From Eledone cirrhosa (Eukaryota): a stretch of DNA of 64,000 bases. Within the stretch, counting starts at the first letter, position 1. Each line of letters opens with the position of its first letter. The notes under the pieces are model-generated. The model was not told where the DNA came from and searched no databases. It saw only the letters and a program-made list of their open reading frames with translations. Position numbers and translations under genes: made by a program. Below, piece after piece: positions 1 to 14,904 of the stretch. The stretch spans positions 140,554,001 to 140,618,000 of the forward strand of contig OZ024740.1 in NCBI GenBank assembly GCA_964016885.1, in the 5' to 3' direction.

Positions 1-1160
1 GTTGCTGCCCATGTCTCACTACCATGCAGCATCATGCTCCTCACACAGGCATCATATAACCGGCCTTTCGTACGCAGGGAGAAACTCTTCTTCATCAGCA
101 GAGGAAACAGTCCCCTAAACTTCTTCCAACCCGTCCTTATTCTAGATACTATAGCCTCGGAACACCCCCTCCCATGCTAATCTGATCTCCTAGATACCGG
201 AAGCTATCCACCACTTCTATAGCACCCGCCTGTATTTGAAAAATGTGTCTATCAATGCGACTTCTACTGTCTAATTTCTCTGTACATCTACTGCATACGT
301 ATTTCTCCCTACCTGTTAGTTTGCCTGCTATCCCACTACATCTCTTGTGTACCCAGGATCTGCATTGTGAATTTTATAGAATTAATGCCAGTTCTTTTTC
401 TGCATATCGAACATGGCCATTTCCCTGACGGAATCAGAATTTTGTCCTCTTTTCTACTCATCAACACTTTTGTCTTAGCTAGGTTCACTCTCAGTCCTCT
501 TGCTTCCAACTGCTGTTTCCATAGCCAGAATTTATTCTCTAGCTCCTCTACTGATTCTGCTATAAGAACCAGATCATCAGCATAGAGAAATTCCCATGGA
601 CAGCCAGTCTTAAACTCCTCTGTTATGGCTTGGCGGACTATAATGAACGAGAGCGGGCTGAGGACCGAACCTTGATGTACTCCTACTTGTATCTGGAATT
701 CCTCACTAAACTCCATTCCTACCCTGACTTTACTGACAGTACCTCTGTACAAAGTTTGCACTGCCCTCACAAGCCATTCCTCAACACCTAGTTTCCTTAG
801 GGACCACCAGATGACAGATCGGGGTACCCTATCAAAGGCCTTCTCTAGGTCAACAAAAGCTAAGTATAGTGGCTTATTTTTCTCTAAGAACCTCTCTTGT
901 AATTGTCTCACCAAGAAGAGGGCATCTGTTGTACTCTTCCCAAGCACAAAACCAAACTGCATCTCATCTAGTTTGACCCTTTCTCTAATTAGTTGTGCTA
1001 ATATCCTTTCTGCCACTTTCATAACCTGATCCATCAGTTTTATACCCCTATAATTGCTCCTCTCCAGAGCATCCCCTTTACCTTTGTAGCAATTTATAAG
1101 AATACTGCTGCACCAGTCTTTGGGTATGACACCACCATATATAGCCTGATTGACGATGAT
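1..1160 (-). mobile_element. RTE-clade LINE, reverse transcriptase region (truncated, frameshifted)
   Basis: ORF 336-1196: NYRGIKL, QFGF, FVDLEKAFDRVPR, GVHQGSVLSP, LYADDL; continues out of frame into YLG and RVRTGWKKF. Confidence 0.95.
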
Positions 1161-1237
1161 GTGTGTGTGTATATATATATATATATATGCTAGCATGGAA
1201 GAACGGACGTAAAACGGTGATGATGATGATGATGATG

Positions 1238-1282
<45 letters not shown>

Positions 1283-2198
1283 TTATGGAAATTGGAACTA
1301 TTGAATAATTCATTTTTTTTCTTTATTCAGCATTGTATTAGAGAGCAAAAAAAAAAGTAATAAAAGGAAAGAAATAAAATAATTAGCAAACGAAAATTAT
1401 TGGAATGCTTAAAATTGAAATTAAAATTTTTATATTTAAACGCTTTTTAAATTTTTTTTATTAATTTTGCTGTGAAAAGTTTATGAAAGGTGCAGTATTG
1501 AATAATTTATGTTTCTCATTATTGTATGTTGTTGTTGTTGTAGCAGTGGTGGCAATGAAAGACAGTGGGGCTGGATTGTCAGGATAGTTGTGGTGGGAGA
1601 GATACTGGTGAGATGCTTTCAGCTATGTTTGTAACATAGGCACAAGGAAGTAGGGGTTAATCAATTGAATTTACCCCAGTACTTGACTGGTACTATATTT
1701 GATTCTAACCATCCCTCCCCACATTCACAACTGACATATTTCAGACATTGCTATGTACAATGTCCATTTCCACTGTATTGTCTAAAATTGTTCCAAAAGA
1801 CTTGAATTTCAGCTGATTGAATTCTTTTTTCCATCTTGCCATATTCAGACTGAAAAACTCTGTTAGATATAGTCTCATGGTCAAGTGGGGCAAAAAAGTC
1901 AACCAGTTGAGATTATCCTTGGAAACACACGACCAAAATTATCTTGGTGTTCAAGTAATGACAAGCAAGCAAGGGAAAAGAACTCCTATAACTGAGGCTG
2001 GTCCAAGTCTTTTGGAACAATTTAAAACAATATGGAAGTGGACATTGTCTGTAAGCCATTTTGGTGAAAGCAAGCTATGTTTTGATTTTATTAGATCTCT
2101 CTTTCATATAAGAGAAAGAAAGAGGGAGATAATTTGTGTTGAACAAAGGAATAGAAATAGAGCTCTCTCTCATTTCTCCATCTCATTTTACTCTCAAG

Positions 2199-2245
<47 letters not shown>

Positions 2246-2491
2246 TTAGTGATATTTAGCTATAAAAAGATAATGTAGATCAAGTAAAAGATCCAATTAA
2301 GCTCTTCTTCATTCTCCCAGCTGCTGTCATCACCACCACTATTAACTTGGTGTTAGTCTCAGGTTCTCTTTGATTGCAACTGTAATTTCAATGTTCCATA
2401 ATGTTCTAGAATATTCCAGAAGAATGTTCCACTGATACTTGAGAGATTTTTAAAGTGATCTGATTGCTGTATTTCAGATTCACTTGCCAAT

Positions 2492-2492
<1 letters not shown>

Positions 2493-2580
<88 letters not shown>
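2493..2580. repeat. (CT)n microsatellite
   Basis: Direct inspection; source of the spurious ERER ORF. Confidence 0.98.
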
Positions 2581-2584
<4 letters not shown>

Positions 2585-2759
2585 TCTTAACTGTTTTACT
2601 TTTCTCTTTAATCGATCACTCAATGATCTACTACCATTACTATTGCAATGTTAGCATGGAAATGTGCATGGGGAAAGACTTAACTGATAATTGGAGGTGT
2701 GTGTGTGTGTGTGTTTGTATGTACATGTTTGTGTATGACTGTGTGTGTAAATATAAGAG

Positions 2760-3380
2760 TGTTAATTTGTTGTTATAGCTGTAAAATAGTTCCAATCATC
2801 CCTGCTTGAGTAGGTCAATAATATGGAGTTATCTGTGGAAGAGCTAGAGAAGAAATCTTGACTGTGGAAACAGAACTTGGAATCAAAAGGACTAGATTTG
2901 GCAAAAACTAAAGTTTTATTAAGTAGAAAATCTGACAAGATCCTGATCTCATTGGGTTTGTGGCCTTGCTCGATATATAGATAGGGAGTAGGTGGAAACT
3001 CTATATGATGTACACAATGTAAATATTGAGTACACAAGTGGGATAGCAAGCAGCCTAACAGAAAAGGTTGACATTGTAGTAGATGTACAGGGATAGTTGG
3101 TTGTAAGAGCATCAGCAAAATAAACTTAGCTCAATCCCAGGAAAGCTCTATAGAAATGGTTGATAGCTTTTGCTACCTAGGTGACCTATTTTGCAGTGGT
3201 AGAAGTTGCTTTGAGGATATGCAAAGGCTGAAGAGAAATGAACTGAGAATTTGTCAATGGATGTATAATGTTAATGTGTGTCAATGACTAAGCAAGTATG
3301 AATTTAGAGGACAATAGGGTATAAAAGAAATCAGATTTAATGTATTAGAGAGAAGACTGCATTGGTATGGATAATGATTG
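2760..3380 (+). mobile_element. Decayed RTE LINE fragment
   Basis: Homologous to the 1-1160 element: KTKVL, WPCSI, DSFCYLGD and RRLHWYG remnants with stops. Confidence 0.8.
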
Positions 3381-6300
3381 GTGAGTAAAGAAGTGGCAAT
3401 AAAGGCATTAACCTTGCTAAAGCAGGAGTTAGCTTTGTGAGCCCCATTACTTTGAAATCTGTATTCTATATTTTGCAATAAGCATTTTTTATTTATTTTG
3501 GAATATGCTATTAAGAACATTTATGTTCAGTATTAAAATTGGTTAACTCAACCATATCACTTTTTTAACATTATTGCCATCTTAACTGAAACATTGCATT
3601 AAACCTGATAGGTATTGCAATTTTAGTCAATTTTCTTCTTTCACACATTATATTTAACTAAAAGGAAAAATGGGAGAAAAATACAAGTTTCCTCTGCTAT
3701 TTCATTGTGAAGTTGTTAGAGTTAAGTGCTTCTGCCATTTACTTTACTTTGTTATATCAGTGAGCTCATCTCTGTTTTATGCATAGGCTGATGCTTTTGA
3801 AGGCAGGGTATTGGCAGAGTCATTGGATTAACTCATTCGTTAAAATATTTCTAATGAAAGATACTGCCCATAATTTTTACATCATTTTGAAAATAATCAA
3901 GAATTTAGATGTAACTTTCTCATTATTAAACTGATGTTTGAAGCATACCTTAATAAAGGTCCCTACATAAAATTATGATAGACATAAACACTTTAAAATA
4001 AGCAGTTTTGTATCATAGAATCAAGAGTGGTTTCAGGTGTTTTGGTATCAAAGTAGTTAAATGTCTCACAGTATTTGTTCCAGCTCTCCACACTCAGTGA
4101 GGCATGGGTGCATAACCCATGGCTAGTCATGACAAGAGATTCTCCTCTCCTCCTCAGAACTGAATCATTGCCAGGGAAAGAGTACAGAATTAGTGATGAG
4201 ATATCAACTGAGCATCCTTACAGCTGATAGGTCAGCATCCCTAACAACTGTGTCGGTTGTTGTAGTTAAACTCATTGACAAAAGAAGTAATGCTCTGAAG
4301 AAGCAATAGTATAATAGAGTTAAAGGAGTATATAGAGGGCTTGTTAAATGGAGGTCTGTTCATTAATCACTTCCCTTAGCCAGCAGGGTCTCCTGACAAG
4401 CTCAAGTACACCACTTAAAAAAAAGTAAGAAAACTTTAACTGCTAATATCAACTACTAATAATAAGTCCATAGCAACAATAACAACAATTTGTATCTAAT
4501 TTCAAGTTACATATGCAGGTATGGGTAGGGTTGTTGTGTTACTGAGTACAGTTTTATTGATGCAGTGTGCAGGTATAGTGGTGGGGGATTTAACATTTGG
4601 CGGTGTCACTGAGGAATTTCCTGGTGCCAAACTAAAACTATGACACTGTGTAAAGAAGGTCATAGGTGGTGTTACCACTTGGAAGTTGAATGGCATTTCT
4701 ACTGAATTGGAGTTTGCTACTTGAAGTTGTTAACCTTCACAAGAGACATCTTCTACCCTCTCTTGTAAACATTGCTAAAGTAAAAACATTCACACACATA
4801 CATATGTGAGTGTGTGGTTAAAGGTACATGGTCATAAGTTCATAGAAAAAAAAGAATGAAATTTTGAGCTCACTGGCCTTTGAGGTTGGATTTTGTAGTA
4901 GGTTTTAATGATAAGGTCTCCAGTTCAATAATAAAAAGTAATGAAAAATAAAGCGTCTTGCTCAAAAACTCAGCATGCTGCTTGGTCTAGTATTCAAACT
5001 GACAACCTTATGATCATGAGTCCACCACATTAACCACTATGTCATGCACCTTCACAATCTTGCCTAAGGTTCTGATAAGACTTTCACATTTCATTCAGTT
5101 TCATTTTATTGTCAGGTTTTCCTTTCATTTTAAATCACTTTTCTTTTATTGTATATACATCTGTAAGAATAAAAAAAATGATTAGTGTGTTGTACCTACA
5201 TAAGCATTATATATACACATAATTGTAAGTTTTTATACAATTGTATGTCTACACACATCATCACCATCATCATTTTGTGATTGTTTTTCTATGCATGACA
5301 AGTTTTCTTTCACACAGCATTTATATCAGAATTCCTCACACTTATTTTGGATGTGTGTGTGTGTGTGTCCCCAACTTTTAAAAAAAAATTTCATCAGCTT
5401 GTAAAGTTGATTAAAAATTATACACTGAAAATGAAATTTTAATGATTATAAAATTTAATTCAAGCATTTGTTGAATAACTGAAGTTGACAGTTTTATGTG
5501 CATCAACTAATTTATATTCTTTGCTCCTTTGGTTAGGGTGTTGGTCGCACAATCATTATGTTATAGGTTTCATTCCTGGAACCGGACACACATTGTTTTC
5601 TTGAGCAAGATGCTTCGTTTCATCTTTCTTTTTTTATAAGATTAGGGCTCCTATCATTAAAATATCCACAAAACCTACTATGTGACACAACATTGTAGAA
5701 TCTAAACTTACATAGGTGTGAGATATAAATTTCATTTATGAACATCTACTAAGTTGTATTCTTTGCTCCTTCCTCCCTTATAATTCCTTGCTTTCCTCTA
5801 CTATCTTGCAATTCCAATATTAACCCATTTGTTACCAAACTGTCTGAAACTACTCCTGGTTCTATGATATAAAATTGATTGTTATAAAAGTTTTCCATCC
5901 ATGAACCATAAGCTCCTATTGGAGTCATGGGAGTGCCATCATGACATATGGCATGTCTTAGGCATTTAAAATTGGTGGAGCCCATCCTTCTCCAGGTCTG
6001 AACACAGCTGATTTTTCCAGAAAAATAAAAATGGAGAAATAATCTATCCCATTACAGAACTGGAACTTAATTGACTCAGGCAGTATTTGAACTCAGAGAA
6101 CAGACAGCCAGAACAAATACCACAAAGCATTTTATCTGATGTTCTAACAACTCAGCCAATTCATTGCCTATTTAAAGTGCATGTGTTTATTTAAAACCAT
6201 CCATCATTATTATATGTAAGGACATTTTCTAAATTATGTTCCAGACACCAGCTTGATAAGTGTTGAAGTTAGTTATATTTACTAAATCCCTCCAAATTCT

Positions 6301-9300
6301 TGATTATCTTCAAAATTATTTGAAAATCACAATCAGTAACTTAGGAAAAGGGGACCAAAAGGGTTGAACCTATTTTTGTACAGACAAAAATTGTAATGAT
6401 GGTGTGGCGTATATTGTAGATGAAATGCAAAATGAAATGTTTAGCTGGCCTCTATGAAGTTGCATCTTATAAAAAGTTTCTTGGGTGTTTTAGTGATAAA
6501 AAGTTAAATGAAATAAAGCATCATGCTCAAGAGCACAATGAACAACCCAATCCAGGACTTGAACCCATATATTTATGTTCATGAGTCTAACATCCTAACC
6601 ACTAAGCTATTCACCTTCACTATGGTATAGATAGTAGCATGTTTACTCAGCAGTTAAGAAACACATGGTTTCATTTTTGGCAGTGAATTAGTTGTTTTTT
6701 CTTAATCTCTAAAGTCATGTTTACAAACATTGAATTCATATCATACAGACATAGAGAAATGGATGTAAAACAGTGAAACAGTTCACTAACATGCAGTCTC
6801 ACTCACATATGCACATTTACATGCAAGTGCTCATACACTTGCACATTTACATTCATGTGCACACGCACACGATACTTACATACATACACATGAACACTCA
6901 CACACACTAATATTCATACATGTTCACTAACTACTACCACCTGAGGGTTATCTATTTTGTCATTTGCATATTTTTGCAACAATTGTTTGTTTTTTAAAGC
7001 TGCATGCCCTCATCACACATTATTAACCACTCAACCATGAAATGGGAATAAAACCTGTTATTACAGATATGCCGACAGACACAAGGTCAGCAGAGTTATG
7101 CGCCTTGTCTAAAAGCAAAGCATGATGAACACAATAGCTACACACATACATACATCATCCTTACTCCCCTTCTAGTACAAATTCAACTACATGCTCCCAC
7201 TCTCAAAAAAAATTATATACCTCTGGTTTTATTGATTACATCAGCTATCTGTTCAGGTAGTTCAGAAATTATTGAAATTAGGAAGTCTAAATTGTTTTAT
7301 GAATGATTACTAGGCAGTGTGTGTGTGTGTGTGTGTGTGGGGGGGGGGGGGGGTTATTTTAACAATTTAGTTTTGATATATGTTGGGTTAGTTATATGCC
7401 ATAAATCATCATCATTGCCATTATTTAATATTTGTTTCCTTCAAACCAGTTATATGAAAAGCGCAAAGCAATAGAAATATTTTGCACATATTCTCTGTTG
7501 TGAGGATCTGAGAGGCAAAGTGTTCTAGATTGCAAGATAGTGTGCTGGAGAAAATTGAGATGTGGTTGGGGAAAAGTATGCCTGAAATGATAGTGGAGCA
7601 TTTGGTATGACTAATACCATAAAAGAAAGGCATGGAATTCCTACTACAACAGACTGCTAAATGAAGAGAATAAATAGGACAGTGAGAGCTTATCTTATGT
7701 AGACCCATCTAAGGGACCAGTCATAATATTGACAGCAGTATGATAATCAACATGATTAAGGATATGAAAGTAAGGAAGGCTACTGGACCATCCAGTAAAG
7801 TTACCGAAATGCTAAAAACATATATCTATATATCTTTTATTTCTCATTTCGTTTATGTTTTTACTTGTTTCAGTCATTAGACTATGGCCATTCTAGGCAC
7901 TACCTTTAGTTGATCATATCAACCCCATTACATAGTTTTTCAAGTCTGGTAATTGTTTTATTGATCTTTTATTGTTAAACTGCTAAGTTATGGGGCATAA
8001 ACACAGACACAAATGTAAACATAGATATGACTACATACACATACATGCATATGTATGTATATATATATATCATCATCATCATCTTTTAATGTCTACTTTC
8101 CTTGCTAGCAAGCGATGGATAGGTCTACATAGACCAAGTCAGCACTAAAGTGGGGCTACTGACCTCCCAGATAGGCTAAGAGGTCTGAATTTTGCTTATG
8201 TATGATTATACGTTCTATTGAGTGCAGAGATGTTGTTGTGCCTTTTAACACAAACTGAAGGGTTCTCCCAACACTTTGTTTGGCTAGCTTTCTATGGTTA
8301 CCAACCACTTTACAGTGTGTATTGAGTCGATCACCAACACTAGAGATTGTCATGCCCTTGACACAACTAACGGGTCCTCTCAACCCTTTTAGGCATGGTT
8401 TCTATAGCGGGGTTACCTTCCTGTTGCCAGGAAGTGCATTTTCGTGGCATCATCACGAGAGAGGTATTTGGTTATAGACCCAAATGTAGAGCCTTCTCTG
8501 CTCTGGGGAGGGGGTGCAACAAGGGAGGGAGGTAGGTATGAAGTTACAGGAGATTTGGCAGGGTGGGGGGTGGGGGGGGGTGATTAGTGTATAGGGAGAG
8601 GGGGCTGCAGTCAATAGGGTGGGGGTGTGGGAGGCAATATAAGATATAAACTTCAACAAGAAAACTGAAAAAATCAATGCTCTATGGATAAAATCTCTTG
8701 AGATATTTGTTCTGCATTAAGTTACAGATACTCTCTTGCCAACAGACATGCAATGAACTATTGATTACCCATATGGAAACCTGTAACCAGGAATGGCACT
8801 ATTGTTCACCAACTGCAATGTAAAATAAAACAAACCAAGACAACAAGTGAAGGTGTGTTGCCAAATGGTTAGTTTGCTGGACTCACAATCATAAGGTACT
8901 GTGTTGCAATCCCAGATCAGGCAGTGCATTATGTTCTTAAGCAAAATGCTTTATTTTTTTTCTGATAGGACTGTTCATTAAAACATCCGAGAAAGCTCCT
9001 ATATTTGGAATGAAAAATGGGATGTTGAAATAATGATGATGACTATAATGGTGAAGATAATATTGTTGATAGCTATGATAATGATACAACAAAATGTGTT
9101 TACAGGTCATTTTCCCTGTTAAAACAAGCCTGTTGATATATATCTTTTTTAACGTAATGTTTTACGACCAGATGCCTTTCCTGGTGCTAACACTTTTAAT
9201 TGGCTTTTATGTCACATAGTGATATGGTGCATCCATTCAAAATCCAAATACACAAAGTATAATGATTTTTTTTGTTTTGTTTTATTAACTACTCATGCCT

Positions 9301-9415
9301 ATGCTGGTTTAGATGGCCTCCTACAGAGTTACATCTCATAGGTTTTTGGGGTGCTTTAATGATAAGGAGCCCCAGTCCTGAGGATAATGATAACAGTGAT
9401 AATTTTAATTTTCAG

Positions 9416-9514
9416 GTAAAATCACAGATAGAAGATCAAGTAAGAAAAATGATAATTTCCTATCGAAAAGATGAAGATTTACAAAATCTAATTGACTGGG
9501 TCCAGAGAGGCTGG
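9416..9514 (+). CDS. TspanC8-subfamily tetraspanin (TSPAN5/17/33-like), internal exon, start of large extracellular loop
   Basis: ttttcag acceptor, GTAAGT donor, 99 nt, phase 0/0; VKSQIEDQVRKMIISYRKDEDLQNLIDWVQRGW contains the TspanC8 motif YRxDxDLQNLIDxxQ. Upstream exons (TM1-3) not found in the window. Confidence 0.95.
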
Positions 9515-10472
9515 GTAAGTATTTCAAATTCGGTATTCAGGATTTCTTCTTTGTTTTCACGAAAGAATGAATTGGAAACCTTTCTTAAGGATTTATGTGA
9601 TATGCAGTGCTTATGGAGTGACAAGTGATTCTCTAATTTATATATTTTTTGGTATTTATAGTTTGATGCTATTAGAACAGACACTAATATTGATGTTTAA
9701 CAAAGGCATAAATTCACATACTTTGGTGGAAGGCTGGAGTTAATATTGACCGCCACCTTCTCCAATATTTATACAATATGATTGCTGGTAAAAGTAAAAA
9801 TTGTTTGTTGTTGGTATGTCACCTTACCTCACTTAACAAAATTTCATTGTTGGTTCACAGATTCCCAAACTTAGAACAATGGTTTAAATCTTTTGTTACC
9901 ATATTTTTCTTAAAACACTTATGTTAATATAAAGAATGATGTGCAGAGATGCTATAAAATAGGGTTAAAACCCTTGACCCATAACCCATTAGCATTTACA
10001 TTACTCTATATTTACTATTGTATTTTCACAGTAAACACTTTACATCACATAATTATCTCACATAATATCAAATCTATGAGACTTTGATATCATTTGTTTT
10101 GAGAACAATACCTTAACACAAGTATGAGTGGCAAGTTACAGCCAGTTTTAACAGAAAGAGGTGAAAGAATTCTGGCAGGATGTGGCCAGTTTAAGTGCTA
10201 AAGGGTTAAAAGACAAAAATCTTTTAAGGGTTTTCACCTTATTTTATAGCATCTCTGTGTATGAGCACATCATTCTTTGTATTAACATTATATTCTCAGC
10301 ATTTAAAGTCTGGGAGATGGACTACTTATGATTTTCAAATAATTTTGAAGATAACCAAGATTTTGGAGGGATTTAATAATAATACTAACTTATTATTAAG
10401 CTGATGTTTGAGACAAAAGTTCTTAGATAAGATTACAGCGGATGGTATTTAGATAAATATAAACACTTTTAA

Positions 10473-10694
10473 CCCTTTAGCATTCATATTACTCTATATT
10501 TACTAGTGTATTTTCATGGTAAAGGCTTTATTTCACACATTTATCTCACATAATATCGAATCTATGAGATTTTGATATTATTTATTTTAAGAACAATACC
10601 TTAACATCAGTATAAGAGGTCGGTTACAGTTGGTTTGAACAGAAAGAAGTGAGAGAATTCTGGCTGGTTACAGCCTGTTTAAACACTAAAGGGT
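10473..10694. mobile_element. piggyBac-type MITE, family B (copies at 9985-10205, about 16320-16510, about 31960-32157)
   Basis: TTAA-CCCTTTAG at the left end and CTAAAGGG-TTAA at the right end. Confidence 0.85.
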
Positions 10695-10935
10695 TAAACA
10701 TTGTAGAACCAGGGGTAGTTTCAGGCAGTTTGGTACCAAATGAATAAGCTGGTGTTTGGAATATAACTTAACAAAAGTTCTTACATACAATTATGATGGA
10801 AGGTTTTTACTTTAAAATAAAGTTTTTTATTGGTTTCAAGTAATTTGGTCTCAAGTGTTAAGTAGTTTACCTTGTTCTACACAGTTTCCATATAAGTGGC
10901 TTTCTTCAACTAATGTTATACAATTTTTATTTCAG

Positions 10936-11052
10936 CTACAATGTTGTGGAGTTGAGACGTATAAGGATTGGGAACTTAACATGTATTTCAATTGTTCTTC
11001 TCCTGGTAGAGAAGCTTGTGGAGTTCCTTTTTCTTGCTGTAAACCCACGGAG
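10936..11052 (+). CDS. TspanC8 tetraspanin exon with CCG motif
   Basis: ttttatttcag acceptor, GTAGGT donor, 117 nt; [39 protein letters not shown] has CCG, NxYFNC and CGVPFSCC signatures. Confidence 0.97.
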
Positions 11053-13171
11053 GTAGGTTTAGCTTTTAAGGGATTTTACTTTGTGTGCATGTGAAAGGAC
11101 ATTGTTTAGTGGTTAGGATGTTGGTATCATGATCGTAATGTTGTCAGTTAGATTCATAGTGGCACTCTGTGCCCTTGAGCAAGACACTTTATTTGATGTT
11201 GCTCCAGTCAGCTTAGCTGAAAAAATAAAGTTGTATCTGTAATTCACAAGGCCAGCCTTGTCACTCCTTGCATCATGCTAAAATTCCCTGAAAACTATGT
11301 TACGAGTACATATGCCTGTTGGTTGTTCAGCCACTTAATTCACCATTAATTTCATGAGAAGGTCATTGTATTGTTCAGACAATTGAACTACTTTTTGGAA
11401 CTGACAGGCCCAATGAAGGAGAACGAAGGTGTATGTGTGTGTGTGGATGCAGCATGACTGAATGATTAATTGTCAAAAACAATAGAAAAGCATTATATTT
11501 TTTATATAATGCCTGTGTAGTGTTTTGGGCTATGTTAGAGAGTCTGATACATTGGCCCAGCAGCACTCTAGGGTTTATGGCATTTTGTCTAGCATTCTAC
11601 CACTTTCGTTAGTTTACCAGCTTACAATCTATGTGATGTTGCTCTCTTGCGATTCTTTTAGCAGAAGACCAAGTGTTGTGGTAGTTGAGGAGTACACATA
11701 GCCATATTAGTGTCAGCATATTCCTGGTACTTAATTTAAATGCAACTTGGCCAAATGATTAAGAAGTTTGCTTTACTATTTCAAGGTTCCAGGCTCATCC
11801 CATTACGTTGCATCCTGAGCCAGTGTCATTTACTATAGCTTCTGGTTGACCCAAGCCTTCTGAATGAAATGGGGTAGGCAAAAACAGTTTGGAAGTATGT
11901 CAGATGAACTGTACCTGTTAGTCAAAGGCCCAGCCTTGCTACATACTTTGTCATGCTGAATCTCCCTGAGAATCATATTAAGACTATATGTCAGTGAAAT
12001 GTTCAGCCACTGACACTATAATACAAGATGAACTGTACTTGTCTTGCAATATGTTACACAGAATCCTTCTGAGAATTATATTGAGTGTGCATGTGTCTGT
12101 GGAACGGTAAGCCTTTTGCATGTTATTTGCATGAGTAGGCCATTCCATTGATCAAACAGATGGAACGTTCTTTGTCAAATCTGACAGTAGTCCATTTACC
12201 TTTCTGACTGTGCATGCACACGTGTTTGTGTGTCTATGTGTGTTGTGTAGTGTGTGTGATGGTTTATTCATTTTGGTGCATAGTTACACATTTGTTGGAA
12301 ATAGATATAGTAGATTGATTTTTAAAAAAAAGTCCTATGACTTAGAAGAGGAAGGGAGACACCCATGGCTATTTTCAGGGCTTCTGTAATTGCTAAGAAG
12401 GAGAGAGGAAGTTAGGTACCTCTCTTTAATTTGTGTAAGCAGAGCAGACACACTAAAGGCATCCAATGGCCAGGTGAATTGACATGTAAAATGAGGTAAC
12501 TAAATACTGCAAAGCATTCAATCTGCCACTTCACTACCTCTATATTATGTCTAACTCTATAAGCCTTGTACTCTCTGCTATGTGCAATCCTTCTCCTTCA
12601 GAATGTTAGCTTTCTAGAATCCCATGCCTGTTCACATTTCCTTACAGATTTTGGTTTACAATGTTTAGACTGAACATCAAAACGATTAAACTTTAGAGAG
12701 CTTTCAAAGATTATTGACATGACTTCTTTATCCTGACTCAGCTAAACAAAAGGTGCTTAACTGGTACTTATTTTATTGGCTCCCAAAAGGGTTTTGTCTC
12801 ATCTGTTGGACCAAATAATCAGACCAGTCCTGATTTTTTTCCTTTAAGTTTTTCTTTGCCATTACTACTTTCTGACATTTCTTTACCCAGCACAACATCC
12901 ATCCACATTTTTTCTCCATACCAACACAGTCACCTCCTTGACATGTATTGACAAATGTTTTAAATCCTCTGTCATTTTCACAGCTCACTTTCTGATACAT
13001 CCTAACAGATCATACATAACTTATTTCTTTCCTTCCAGTTGCTACAGATATCTGCATTCATTAACTCTGTTTCACTGCCATATAACATCTTTCTTACATA
13101 CATGGTTCTTGTATCAATGCTTAACCATATTTAAATTAATTAATATTAACTATTTCCTTCTGTCTCTTCAG

Positions 13172-13222
13172 TCAGTGATAATTAACAAGCAATGTGGTTA
13201 TGATATGATGAAAACAGAACAT
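13172..13222 (+). CDS. TspanC8 tetraspanin exon
   Basis: Polypyrimidine tract plus cag, GTAAGT donor, 51 nt; SVIINKQCGYDMMKTEH has the NxQCGY motif. Confidence 0.94.
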
Positions 13223-14344
13223 GTAAGTATCTTTCTTATCTTTAAAGTTAGTGTAGTATTTTTTAATGATTTATGGGAGCGAAACATGGACAAGAAACAT
13301 GATCTGAGTGATAGCAACAGGGAGGGCTATGCTAAACCTAATTTGCCCATTTTAAAGATCATAGGGTAAGATTTAATGGAAATTTGGCTGTTATTTCTAG
13401 CTAGATGAGCTACCAAGTAGTGGGTCACTTATTAACTTGCACAGCACAGTATAGGTGACAGGATTGAGTGGTCCTAGTATATAGATCAGCAACTTCAGAA
13501 GAGCAGAGATTAATAGTAGTAGTAACAGCAGCAACCTTTTCCTGACTATAGTTTCTCATTATTAAACTAGTGCTTAATAACTAGGAAAATCAGGGTAGAG
13601 AGGGAAGTGCTCTCTTCCCAGCATTTTGTTGAAAGATGGGTGAGAGAAGCAAGAATGGCCCGAGTGAATGGGCCTACTCTGAGTATATATCTGTAAATTA
13701 AAGGTGGAAAACTGGGAGAGGGCACTTGCCTTGGTGGTCAGGGTCATTGTGGCTTTTTACTGGGCTTTCTCCACAAATGTCCCTCCGAAGTCTCCCCCCT
13801 ATTGGGGAATTTTTCATTGTTATTTTTTGTTACATCCTCTGTTTTTGTTTTTTACACGCAGAAATGCCCATTTGTACCGTCCTGCATTGTCCTTAATGTC
13901 TACTTTATGTAAACCCTTGTGGTTAATAAAGAAATCATTATTAAACTAGTGCTTGGAACATAACTTAACAAGGGTTCTTACATAAAACTCTAATGGAAGA
14001 TTTTTAGTTAAACATAAATCATCATTTAATGTCTATTTTTCCATGCATGCATGGGTTAGATGGGTTGTCACATTATGAGACAAGTCAGGTCTGGAGACCA
14101 CGTCATGATCATATAGATCTATAGTTTGGCTTTGTTTCTACACCTGGATGCTCTTCCTAAAGCCAACTAGATTAAAATAATCAGCTTTTTATCTTAGAAT
14201 CAATAGTGGTTTGGTATCAAAAGTTTTAAAGAATACACACAGCCTAACAGATTATTTGTCATTCAAGCAGGGAAAAGCAGATGTAAAATGATGTTGATGA
14301 TATAACATTTTATTATTTAATTTTACTTTTTCTTCCTTTTGTAG

Positions 14345-14461
14345 GAAATTGATAAAGATCGAATAATTTGGACTTTGGGGTGTATCCCAGCTGGTGAACA
14401 GTGGTTAGAGGCTAACCTCATTCCTGTAGCAGGAGTACTTGTAGGCATTGCATTATTACAG
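14345..14461 (+). CDS. TspanC8 tetraspanin exon, end of extracellular loop and TM4
   Basis: Long pyrimidine tract plus tag, GTAATA donor, 117 nt; EIDKDRIIWTLGCIPAGEQWLEANLIPVAGVLVGIALLQ supplies the eighth loop cysteine. Confidence 0.95.
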
Positions 14462-14904
14462 GTAATAAATAAGAAAGTTCTTCAGTTGGATCTAATAACT
14501 TTTATTTATGGTTATTCACTCAGTTTTGATACTAATCTAGCTTTAATACTGAGCTAGCTTTGTTACTTTCCTAGTTAAGGTACTCACTATTTTCTCATGT
14601 ATTGACTACTGGTCAGAAATCACATATACAAAGGTAGGATGAAATAAATTGTGTGCGTGTGTATTTCTAATTAAAGAAACTGCTTATGATTTCCAAATAA
14701 TATTGAAAATAATCACGAATTTAGCTGGGGTGTGGAGCATAATTTAACAAAAGTTGTTACATGCAATCACGAAGGAAGTTTTTTAGAATAAACAGCTTTA
14801 TATCATAGAACCAGTGGTAGTTTCATGCAGTTTGATATTAAGTGTCAATAACTACACTTTTATAATGTCATTTATTCATTTTGCTTTTTCTGTTTTTTTT
14901 TCAG

